Source: an uncultured Clostridiaceae bacterium
GTDB lineage: Bacteria; Bacillota_I; Bacilli_A; RFN20; CAG-288
Direction of reading: 5' to 3'
Assembly: GCA_964427595.1 (NCBI GenBank)
Contig: CAYRUQ010000001.1
Span: 4,690-68,689 of the forward strand
DNA length: 64,000 nucleotides
Part shown: piece after piece, positions 55,050 to 63,690 of the stretch
Layout: every line of letters starts with the position of its first letter
Numbering within the stretch: the first letter of the stretch is position 1
Made by a program: the position numbers and the translations under genes
The notes under the pieces: model-generated
What the model was told of the DNA's origin: nothing
The model's input: only the letters and a program-made list of their open reading frames with translations
The model's database searches: none

Positions 55050-55725
55050 TAATTAAATACCCCCTAAAATTGCGGTTTAGTATATAAGTAAAGAAAAAAG
55101 AATGTTATTTGTCAAAAAGTCAGATTGTCGTTAAAAAGAACGGAAGAGCTTTCAAATAAGATTTAAAAATTAAAAATTCTATCTAAAATAAGCTTCTTTA
55201 TTAAAAATACATACAAAATTCATATGTTTTCTCTCTTTTTAAACAAATCTCACTATCTATATCAACAAGTGCAATCAATATTGAGAAATGAACTTTCTAC
55301 ATCTAACAAGTCTTAACCAGAAGATATATGTATTGCGTTTTCTATTTTGGTGATAATAAACGAACAAAATATTAATGGAACTTAATAAATTTCCTTATTA
55401 CCCATATTTATATATAGAGCTGAAAATTAAACGAAAATTTCACCTCACTATCTTTGTTTGTAAAAGAAAAAAGGCTAGCAGCATATCAATAAATAGTAAA
55501 AATATGCAACAAAAATTGAAAAAAACGCATAATTTACAAGTAATGTAAGCCCTTTCAATATATTTAGAAAATTGCTGTTTTCAGTAAAAAACTAGTAAAA
55601 ATTATGAAAATACAGGTGATTTTTAAGAATTATTAGTGTTTTTTGAATAACTATATCTTTCCTGTTTAATAAAAACAATTTTGATTGTTAATTATACTTT
55701 TAGCAAACAAAAAGGAGTACATTTT

Positions 55726-57684
55726 ATGAAAAAAGGTCTTTCATTTTCTCTAATTGCCTTATTAGCGATATGTCTTACCGCTTGTACAGGCACCGACACA
55801 TCATCTTCAACAGCTACTGGAGTCGACTCTTCTGTGAGCGATTCCTCTGTAGTCTCTTCTGACTCTTCAGTTGTCACTTCTTCTGATTCTTCCGTTGATA
55901 TCGATTCTTCTTCTGTGGGCGACGACCCAGAGCCCGAACCCGATCCCGAGCCAGACCCAGAACCCGAACCAGACCCAGAACCTGATCCCGAGCCGGATCC
56001 GGAACCGGAACCGGATCCAGAACCCGAACCTACTACTCTATTGACTCAAGACATGCTTGATGAAGCTGCGGCCGGTTATCAGACTGAAGCATTTGTTACT
56101 GAGAATGTACAATATGGATCGTCAGGTAGCACCTACACTTATGAGTGGATCACTGATATTGCCGCTGCCGGAGATTGGTATCACGCTGCTGAATATAATG
56201 ATACTGAAAAAGATCAGCTATATAGTGATACCTATTACACATATGTCACTGAGGGGGGCGTTAATTATTTAGCTAGTGCTACTTTAGGTCTCAATAATCA
56301 AGTTCAAACTACGGCTACTACTTACAGATGGGAAGCGACATTTAGAAATGCTTTTGTCGGTTTAACCCCGGAAGATTTCTATGATGGTGATGAAGAATAT
56401 ACTTTCGTTCTCGATGATACAGCAGTTGATGCAGATGTTTTAACTGCTTTTGGTTATCAGATTACAGGTGGCTACAGCTACACTCTTGATACACTTGTAA
56501 TTACCACAGATGGTTTTAATATCACTAATATTGATGCTACTTTCGAAACATCTAGTTATTACTATAGTGGCACATTAGTACAAGATACTGTTTCTATCAG
56601 TGCTACAGTTGTCGCTCTCGGTGATGAGGTTTCCGCTGAGCTCACCGGATATGTGGGTGAAACTATTGAAGCTTTAGATGAAGCTTTTGCTAGCTTAGCT
56701 GATGGAAATTACACTCTTTCTGAAAGTGTTGTTTTGTCCTATGGCGGTACCACACAGGGTAGTTATAACTATAATTATGTGGCTGACGAAGGAGTGCTTA
56801 TCGATACTGACGAATCAGATTACTTTATTTACGACAATGGAGCTTTTAGAGAAGTTATGTCTCTTACAAGTGGTGGTACGCCACTTGGTTATTTCAAGAG
56901 TGGTTATGTATTAAACGCTCCCGATTTTGATGTTTCTAGTGTTTTCTTCACTGAAGGTGAAGAAGGTACGTATTCATTAGATTCTGGCGATAGCGCAGTA
57001 GATATTGCTGATTATGGAACAACTTTTGCCATTGACGGAGACTTTTTTACAACTCTTGAGGATGTTACCATTACACTCGATGAGGATTCTATCACTATCC
57101 AGTTAGAAGGTATCTATAACTACTATTACTATGATTATGATTGCACTCTTACCGCTACATACACAAACATCGGAACAACAACCAACGCCAATTTTACAGC
57201 ACTCCAAGAAGCCAGAGAAGAAGGAGTTGGATATATTAGATTTTCTCAAGTATTTAGCATAACTGCATATAGTTGGTTAAGTGCTAGTAGTTATTCTTCA
57301 ATTACTGTTTCAGATGATGTTATGGGGGCTGTTACGACAGAAAATGCTGCTGAAATTGCTGATTCTCTTCCTATAGCCTTATATAGCCTTTACTTTGCAA
57401 CTAGTTATTTTTATAGTAGCTCTCAATCTACTGATACTTGTCCTTTCGTTGGGACGTCCTATTTAACTTCCTCTTATGTGAATTATGCGCTTTATTATTA
57501 TCAAAACGCACTTATTGATGATGGGTGGGTCTACGACAGTTCTTCTTACGAATACATCAAAGATGTCGAGTTATCGACTTCTGAAACTGTTGAAATTTCT
57601 GTTTCTCTTACTTATTCTTATATCAGTTCGAGCGGCTACTATATTGCAGGTTACATGGTTAATAGCATTACTGTTATTGAATAA
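55726..57684 (+). CDS. Surface lipoprotein with (PE/PD)n spacer; distant member of the same family
   Basis: Start moved to ATG 55726 (AAAAGGAG RBS; MKKGLSFSLIALLAICLTAC lipobox). 652 aa. Ser-rich linker, then 17 Pro-Glu/Pro-Asp dipeptides. Confidence 0.75.
   Translation: MKKGLSFSLIALLAICLTACTGTDTSSSTATGVDSSVSDSSVVSSDSSVVTSSDSSVDIDSSSVGDDPEPEPDPEPDPEPEPDPEPDPEPDPEPEPDPEPEPTTLLTQDMLDEAAAGYQTEAFVTENVQYGSSGSTYTYEWITDIAAAGDWYHAAEYNDTEKDQLYSDTYYTYVTEGGVNYLASATLGLNNQVQTTATTYRWEATFRNAFVGLTPEDFYDGDEEYTFVLDDTAVDADVLTAFGYQITGGYSYTLDTLVITTDGFNITNIDATFETSSYYYSGTLVQDTVSISATVVALGDEVSAELTGYVGETIEALDEAFASLADGNYTLSESVVLSYGGTTQGSYNYNYVADEGVLIDTDESDYFIYDNGAFREVMSLTSGGTPLGYFKSGYVLNAPDFDVSSVFFTEGEEGTYSLDSGDSAVDIADYGTTFAIDGDFFTTLEDVTITLDEDSITIQLEGIYNYYYYDYDCTLTATYTNIGTTTNANFTALQEAREEGVGYIRFSQVFSITAYSWLSASSYSSITVSDDVMGAVTTENAAEIADSLPIALYSLYFATSYFYSSSQSTDTCPFVGTSYLTSSYVNYALYYYQNALIDDGWVYDSSSYEYIKDVELSTSETVEISVSLTYSYISSSGYYIAGYMVNSITVIE
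55927..56031 (+). repeat. In-frame 6-nt periodic CCN-GA[N] tandem repeat encoding (PE/PD)17-P
   Basis: Read directly. Markedly more GC-rich than its surroundings. Confidence 0.9.
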
Positions 57685-57711
57685 GGCAATAATCTAAAAC
57701 AAGCTTTTGTT

Positions 57712-57745
57712 GCTGTCGCATGGGTTTCTTTGCGACAGCTTTTTT
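57712..57745 (+). terminator. Rho-independent terminator after the 652-aa lipoprotein gene
   Basis: GCTGTCGCA-tgggtttctt-TGCGACAGC followed by TTTTTT. Confidence 0.85.
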
Positions 57746-57777
57746 CATTTTTGAATTAAGTGATTATAATTGTTGGT

Positions 57778-58107
57778 ATGAGAAAAAGAACATTTTGGAT
57801 CATCGAATCGATCATGATCTTTATCACCGTCTTCGGTTTTGTTTCTTATGGAGTAGCTAGAGGTTTAGGATATGGAGATTATCCTTTGACTTCTTGCGCT
57901 TTAGGAATAGGAATCATCGGGCTATTCATATTTGCTTTCTTCTTTGTTATGAAGATATTCAACCAGACTCCATTACCAGAGACCAAACAAGGAGTTGTTT
58001 GTCCTAGATGTCATTTCATCAATGAAGAAGGAAGTGAGCTCTGTAAACAATGTGGACACCAACTGAAAGAAGAGACTGATATAGAGATAGAAGAAAAAGA
58101 GGACTGA
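57778..58107 (+). CDS. Small membrane protein with C-terminal zinc ribbon
   Basis: 109 aa from ATG 57778; the track uses GTG 57760. Two TM helices, then CPRCHFINEEGSELCKQCGH. A perfect TATAAT at 57765-57770 ends 7 nt before the ATG. Confidence 0.55.
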   Translation: MRKRTFWIIESIMIFITVFGFVSYGVARGLGYGDYPLTSCALGIGIIGLFIFAFFFVMKIFNQTPLPETKQGVVCPRCHFINEEGSELCKQCGHQLKEETDIEIEEKED

Positions 58108-58134
58108 GCTACTGCTTCAGTCCTCTTTCTTTTG
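58091..58134. terminator. Bidirectional terminator shared by convergent genes
   Basis: GAGGACTGA-gctactgct-TCAGTCCTC, flanked by an A-run and a T-run. The stem contains both stop codons. Confidence 0.7.
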
Positions 58135-59097
58135 CTCTGTTGATTCCTTGTCTTCTTGTTTGAGATTGATATTGATTCTAAATATCGGTTCGTTTCTGCT
58201 GTTAAGAAGAATGTTATGAAGATAGATAGCGATGATACCGATGACGAATATCAATATAGAGACACCAAGGAAAATAGCACTTATGATGAAGAAGGTAGTG
58301 ATTAAAGGATAGAAACCGGCTCTATTCACTACACATTCTGTGACTAGTAAAGCGATGAATATGAGAGCAGTTATAAAAGTAGAGATAGCTCCTACTTTAA
58401 TCAAGGAATAAAGAGGTCTTGAAGTTCCTGAGGAGATGATGTTAAAAGCGTGATTAAACATCTTATTAATGTTGTATTTAGATGTTCCTGAAGATCTCTT
58501 ATGACGTGTGAAATTGATATAACAAGTCTTACAACCGATACGAGCGATATCATTTAAAAAGAGGCGATCTTTACTAGGGGCGGAGTTGATGATATCAACG
58601 ACTCTCTTTGAGAAACCTCTGAACATATTGACGTTCTCAGGAAGAATCTCTTTTCCTTCTAATTTATTAGCGAAGCGATAGAACATCTTAGCGGTGGTTC
58701 TTTTAAAGAAACCATCCGTTTTACGATCTACACGTCTTGGAGAGACTATCTCATAGCCTTCTGAGAACTTTTTAGCGAAATCTTTAAGGAGTTCTACTGG
58801 GTCTTGAAGATCAACATCCATAACGATAGCATAATCGCTCTTACAAACGCTTAAACCAGCGTAAATGGCGGCGTTTTGACCATAATTACCAGCTAATGAA
58901 ACAACTTCGATATCATCTCTTTTTTCATAGAGTTCATTCATGATAGTGAAGGTTCTATCTTTAGAACCATCGTCGACAAGGATGAATCTGAATGAATAAT
59001 CAGGTATCTCAGCAATGATCGGATCTGCACTTTTAAAATAAAGAGGCAGAGCCTCCTCTTCATTGTAACAAGGTAGAATGACTGAGATTGTTTTCAT
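58117..59097 (-). CDS. Family-2 glycosyltransferase, GtrB/CsbB-like polyprenyl-phosphate glycosyltransferase
   Basis: 326 aa. ISVILPCYNEEEAL, VDDGSKD and DVDLQDP motifs, plus two C-terminal TM helices. Confidence 0.8.
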   Translation of the reverse strand: MKTISVILPCYNEEEALPLYFKSADPIIAEIPDYSFRFILVDDGSKDRTFTIMNELYEKRDDIEVVSLAGNYGQNAAIYAGLSVCKSDYAIVMDVDLQDPVELLKDFAKKFSEGYEIVSPRRVDRKTDGFFKRTTAKMFYRFANKLEGKEILPENVNMFRGFSKRVVDIINSAPSKDRLFLNDIARIGCKTCYINFTRHKRSSGTSKYNINKMFNHAFNIISSGTSRPLYSLIKVGAISTFITALIFIALLVTECVVNRAGFYPLITTFFIISAIFLGVSILIFVIGIIAIYLHNILLNSRNEPIFRININLKQEDKESTEQKKED

Positions 59098-59325
59098 ATG
59101 TAACTCCTTTATAGACTATAAAAGAAAAAAGGTTGTCAGCGAGTTGCTATTATTTTATCACCTAGCTACTTTTTCTTTTTTATAAATAGTTGAAAGTATT
59201 TGATACAAATCAAGAAATTAAGTAGTAATTCTCTCTTATGTGTCTCATTTTTAATTTAAAAATCGCAGTGATATATTGGTGGTCATTCTTACTTAAAAGA
59301 TGATACGAGAACAACGAGAAAATTC

Positions 59326-59354
59326 TTGTAAATTAGGTGTCTATATGATATATT
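59326..59354 (+). promoter_or_regulatory. Candidate rpmE promoter TTGTAA-N17-TATATT
   Basis: Hexamers and the 17-nt spacer counted directly. Lies about 50 nt upstream of the ATG. Confidence 0.45.
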
Positions 59355-59401
59355 TCCTGTTGCGCATCTTTTTTAATTGACTAATCAGGAGGATCAGAGA
59401 T

Positions 59402-59623
59402 ATGAAAACTGGAATTCATCCCGAATATCATCGTTGCAAAGTTACCTGCATGACTTGTGGAAACACCTTTGAGACCGGTTCAACCTTAAAAGAAATCAAA
59501 GTTGATACTTGCTCTCATTGCCACAGTTTCTACACTGGTAAATTAACTTTCACCGCTGATACAGGTAGAGTTGCTAAGTTCCGTAAGAAATTACAAGCTA
59601 GCGAAACCAAACAGGGTAAATAA
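59402..59623 (+). CDS. rpmE: 50S ribosomal protein L31 (Zn-ribbon type A)
   Basis: [28 protein letters not shown]...[11 protein letters not shown], 73 aa. AGGAGG RBS. Confidence 0.95.
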   Translation: MKTGIHPEYHRCKVTCMTCGNTFETGSTLKEIKVDTCSHCHSFYTGKLTFTADTGRVAKFRKKLQASETKQGK

Positions 59624-59627
59624 TATG

Positions 59628-59648
59628 AGGCTCGCAAGAGCCTTTTTT
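59628..59648 (+). terminator. Rho-independent terminator after rpmE
   Basis: AGGCTC-gcaa-GAGCCT followed by TTTTT. Confidence 0.8.
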
Positions 59649-59694
59649 CTTTATCTTTATATCGTCTATAATGAACAGCAAAGGAGGGTTGAAC

Positions 59695-60063
59695 ATGTTA
59701 AAACTTCTCGGAAATGTCATTTGGTTCATCGTCTTCGGTTGGGAGATGGCTCTCGTTTATTTCCTTTTAGGTTTAATCGCTTGTATCACTATCATTCTCT
59801 TGCCTGTCGGATTACAGCTTTTCAAGCTCGCTAGCCTTGTTATGATGCCATTTGGTAAAGAAGTCAGATGGACAAAGAGCGGAGGAAAGATGGTCTTAAA
59901 TGTCATCTGGGCTATCATCTTCGGTTGGGAGTGTGCTTTAATCTCCATCGCCTCTGGTATCTGCTGTTGTATCACCATCGTCGGTATCCCGGCTGGTTTA
60001 CAGATGTTTAAAATCGCTAAATTAGTTCTCCTTCCTCTCGGAGCTAAAGTTGGTAAAAAATAA
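59695..60063 (+). CDS. yccF: YccF-family inner membrane protein (two DUF307 repeats)
   Basis: Start moved to ATG 59695 (AAAGGAGGG RBS). Duplicated N[VI]IW.I.FGWE.AL......I.CC?ITI.G.P.GLQ.FK.A motif. Confidence 0.8.
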   Translation: MLKLLGNVIWFIVFGWEMALVYFLLGLIACITIILLPVGLQLFKLASLVMMPFGKEVRWTKSGGKMVLNVIWAIIFGWECALISIASGICCCITIVGIPAGLQMFKIAKLVLLPLGAKVGKK

Positions 60064-60065
60064 TA

Positions 60066-62993
60066 ATGAGTGTCCCACAAGACGCCCTGTCTCCAAAACG
60101 ACTATTTGAAGAGGCAGAGCAAGCTCTAAAGGAAAGACATCTGTCTTCCTTAATAAAACTTTCTAATGAGACTTTTGATGATTTAGTCAATCATGAAAAA
60201 GTATTGATTAAAGAAGAGACAAAAGGCTATTTTTGTCCTCTGTTTCTCTTTGATGAGAGAGAAGATATTTATTATCCTCTCTTCTTTTTTGAGTCTGTCA
60301 TCACTAAAGAAGAAGAGACTTATTTATCTAGATCAAAAAGGCTTCCTATCTTTAATAATCTCGCTTTGTCTATTCTTTCTAATGAAGGTGTTGATGTCGA
60401 TGATTTCACTAGAATTAACGATATCAAATCATACCTTCTTTCTTTAGAAGGAAATATACAAGTCAGAGGATTAAATGATAGATTCAGTTTCGAACAAAGA
60501 CTCGGTTTTTATGATGAAGAGATTCTGTATTTAAATAGAGCGTATAAGATTCTTTATCAATTCATAAACGGAACGCTTAACGAAGATAAATATATAGGTT
60601 TATCAAGTCAAATTATTGATAACGATATTGAAGTTGAAATCAGTAAGCAGATCAAACAAGTATTTTTCAGTGATTATAAGAAGATGTCTTTGGAGTTTGA
60701 TAATTACCAAGGCTGTAAAGTCGTTTATTCAGACGACAATTTCATCAAGGATTTCATCACTTATTTAATAGCTAGGAAGGTTCCGTCAGGAGAGAGCCTT
60801 CTCTTTGTCGTTCAAGATGAAAAAGATGAAGAGAATTTAAAAGAGATATTTAAAAACAATAATCTTGATGAACATGTTTCTTATATAAATGATTTATCGA
60901 TTGACTTATTAAAAAAGAAAGAAGACGGGATTTCTAATATAGGAAGCGAAAAACGAGCACTCTTCTTACAAAAAGAACAGAAGTATTTAAAATTTATCAA
61001 CGAAAGAAACGAAGCCTACTCTAATCCGAGAAACCTCTATAGTGCTAGCGTTGTCGATGATATCATCAAAGCTAAGAAAGAGAACCTTAAACTTTCTTCA
61101 TTAGACATCAGTAAGTACTCTTTTGATGAATTTAAGAAAGATTACCAATATCTATTGAAAGCCGAGAATTATGAGTCTATCTATGATACAGCTATTAAGG
61201 ATCATATTTTCTATGGATTATCAGTCTCTGATAAAAGAAGAAACTATGATGAGATCATAGTCACTATCATAAAAATCAAAGACGCCATTTTAGATTTCAG
61301 TTCTTATGTAGAGAAAAAGAACATCAATGACTTTGATGGAAATAAAATCGATTCATTCTATCAGTTTGAAGAATACGGAAAAGACATCGCTGTTTTAGCT
61401 ACTTATACAGGTTTTCCAAGGAAATACTTTAGAGAACAACAAGAAGACGCTATCGAAAAAATAGAAAAGCTAAAGAAGCTTTATCAAGCTTTATCAAGCA
61501 GTAAGCTTTTAATCAGCAAAATCTGTTCTCCTAAAATTTTTGATTTAGATTTAGAGAAGACTCTCTCTGATTCTAAGAGCCGTTTCTTTTTAAAGAGAAG
61601 ACATGCGAGAAAGAAGCTTCTCTCCTGTCTTATCGCTCAAAATAAAGAATCGTTTGAATCCTTCACTAAGATTTTGAAAGTGTATCTCAATTATCAAAAA
61701 GAGATAGAAAGCATCCTTCCTAAGTACATAGAGTTATATGGCCCTGCTGTCGCTAATATGAATAGTCTTATCGAGATAGAAAGTAATATCTCCTGTACTA
61801 TTCTTTTCTCTGAAAGAAGCAAACAACACCCTTCCTATAACATGGATAACCCGATAGTTAAGAGATGTTATAAGGATAAAGACGTCAGATATGATGTCAT
61901 CACTCTTTATCGTGAACTTGAAGAGAAATACCAAGACATAAAGAAGCTTCTTAATCGATATAAAGGTTATTTCTTAGAAGATGAGATTGATTATATGAAA
62001 CTTTCATTCTCTGATTTGGTTTCTCTTATTTCTAGAAAACTTACTGGCTCTTATAGAGAGTTTTCTCAGTATGCGATTCTCAGAAGCTCTCTTGATGACA
62101 CTTCTATGCTCTTTAGAACTCAGTTGATGGAACATTTAAAACGAGGATTAAAGATTAAAGAGTTCAGATCTGCGTTTGTCTATTCACTGGCTGATGCTAT
62201 CGCTAAAAGAGGAAAGAAGAGATTTAGACCTAAACTTGAAGATTATGAGAATGCGAAGAAAGATTATCTCAGTACTCTAGATAATAGTTACTCAACCTAT
62301 AGCGATTACCTTTCTGATTTCATCAAAGAAAGACAAAAACAAATCATCAATGATGAAGAAAGTCTTGCTGAAGATAAAGAGATTCTCTCTATTTATCAAA
62401 ATAAAGAAGTTGATTACGATGTTGAAGCTAGATTCTTTAAACAAGCTAGAAAGAGAAAACCACTTTTGATTGCTCATCCTAAAGATCTGCTCTTCTTAAA
62501 AGAAAACATAGCTAAGAAAGTCATCATCTTTAATTCGAGTGAATATAGTTATGAAGAACTATTCGATGTCATTTCGGTTGGTGAACATATCTTATTTTTG
62601 GAAAAACCGAGTGTCTTTGATAAAAGAACACAAAGCTATCCACAATTATCTTTATCTAGTACCACGTATCTAAGTCTCTTCAACTTTAATTCACTTCCTC
62701 AATCATTTAAACAATCTGTTGATGAAGAATTTAATAAGTATGGATATCGTATTGATAAATCAGACGCTTTTGAATATACGATTTATAACTCAGAAAACAA
62801 AAAGGTTGCTGTTCTTCTTCCTGATGTTTTAATTCCACCAAAAAGTGAGATGCAAGTAAGAAGTATATTTAGAAAGTTCATTGGAAATGTGTTTCACATC
62901 CCTCTTTTAATCATGTCTACAATCTCATTTCTTCTTGAACCAGAAAAGACTATTTCTGAACTGACAAATAGAATCTCAGAATCACAGGATTAA
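60066..62993 (+). CDS. Hypothetical 975-aa protein; looks like a degenerate SF1 (Upf1/DUF4011-type) helicase with a REase-like C-terminus that lacks Walker A/B
   Basis: Long uninterrupted ORF. Segment VVYSDDNFIKDFITYLIARKVPSGESLLFVVQDEKDEENLKEIF sits where such helicases carry GPPGTGKS...VLFV. KKVIIFNSSEYSYEELFDVISVGEHILFLEKP sits where they carry the DEASQ...GD.KQLPP motifs. Confidence 0.45.
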   Translation: MSVPQDALSPKRLFEEAEQALKERHLSSLIKLSNETFDDLVNHEKVLIKEETKGYFCPLFLFDEREDIYYPLFFFESVITKEEETYLSRSKRLPIFNNLALSILSNEGVDVDDFTRINDIKSYLLSLEGNIQVRGLNDRFSFEQRLGFYDEEILYLNRAYKILYQFINGTLNEDKYIGLSSQIIDNDIEVEISKQIKQVFFSDYKKMSLEFDNYQGCKVVYSDDNFIKDFITYLIARKVPSGESLLFVVQDEKDEENLKEIFKNNNLDEHVSYINDLSIDLLKKKEDGISNIGSEKRALFLQKEQKYLKFINERNEAYSNPRNLYSASVVDDIIKAKKENLKLSSLDISKYSFDEFKKDYQYLLKAENYESIYDTAIKDHIFYGLSVSDKRRNYDEIIVTIIKIKDAILDFSSYVEKKNINDFDGNKIDSFYQFEEYGKDIAVLATYTGFPRKYFREQQEDAIEKIEKLKKLYQALSSSKLLISKICSPKIFDLDLEKTLSDSKSRFFLKRRHARKKLLSCLIAQNKESFESFTKILKVYLNYQKEIESILPKYIELYGPAVANMNSLIEIESNISCTILFSERSKQHPSYNMDNPIVKRCYKDKDVRYDVITLYRELEEKYQDIKKLLNRYKGYFLEDEIDYMKLSFSDLVSLISRKLTGSYREFSQYAILRSSLDDTSMLFRTQLMEHLKRGLKIKEFRSAFVYSLADAIAKRGKKRFRPKLEDYENAKKDYLSTLDNSYSTYSDYLSDFIKERQKQIINDEESLAEDKEILSIYQNKEVDYDVEARFFKQARKRKPLLIAHPKDLLFLKENIAKKVIIFNSSEYSYEELFDVISVGEHILFLEKPSVFDKRTQSYPQLSLSSTTYLSLFNFNSLPQSFKQSVDEEFNKYGYRIDKSDAFEYTIYNSENKKVAVLLPDVLIPPKSEMQVRSIFRKFIGNVFHIPLLIMSTISFLLEPEKTISELTNRISESQD

Positions 62994-62997
62994 AAGA

Positions 62998-63690
62998 TCA
63001 GCTGTTTCCATCAGAAGAGTTATCGTCACAAGAATCAAGGATATCGTTTTGTTTCTTGTTCTTTATTTGTGAGATAAGCATAGCGAGTAAATAAACAAAT
63101 CTTATAGCTTCTAATATAGAAAAAAGTATATAAGCAGCCAAAGAGAAGTAATTCAAACACATCACAGCTCCAATCACTAAGAACCAAAGAGAAAAGATAC
63201 AATCACTAATTTCTAAATTGTATTTGGTAGTTTTTCTATATTTTCTTTTCAAAGCTCCATTAACAGTGGCGATGAATATACCTATGATGACAAAGATATA
63301 TATGTACTCTAAATATGAAGGAAGAATGTCCATCGCTACTTGTAAGAATAGTTGACAGAATATAATGATGAAAGCAACTGTACCAAGGTAATGAAGGCTT
63401 TGGTAGAACCCTTCAATAGTTAAGCTGTTTTTATTAGTTTTTTGTTTAACAGCATTATCATTCTCATCAACTGTTTGCTCGGGTCGTTTAACTATAAACC
63501 CTAAGATTGCTATACAAAGGAATACGACAAAGAATATACATTCAAGTATGCCGGTTATTAAGTAAAGGACATTAGCGTCATTATCCGTAAAGTTGCTGTA
63601 GCAGTCTAATATTCCACCAACTAAAAGTAAAAGAGACGCAATTATCATAGTTATTGAATAACCGATGACAATTCCTTTACTTTTATTCAT
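62998..63690 (-). CDS. Hypothetical multi-pass membrane protein
   Basis: 230 aa with about 6 TM helices. Convergent with the 975-aa gene, with a 4-nt gap. Confidence 0.5.
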   Translation of the reverse strand: MNKSKGIVIGYSITMIIASLLLLVGGILDCYSNFTDNDANVLYLITGILECIFFVVFLCIAILGFIVKRPEQTVDENDNAVKQKTNKNSLTIEGFYQSLHYLGTVAFIIIFCQLFLQVAMDILPSYLEYIYIFVIIGIFIATVNGALKRKYRKTTKYNLEISDCIFSLWFLVIGAVMCLNYFSLAAYILFSILEAIRFVYLLAMLISQIKNKKQNDILDSCDDNSSDGNS

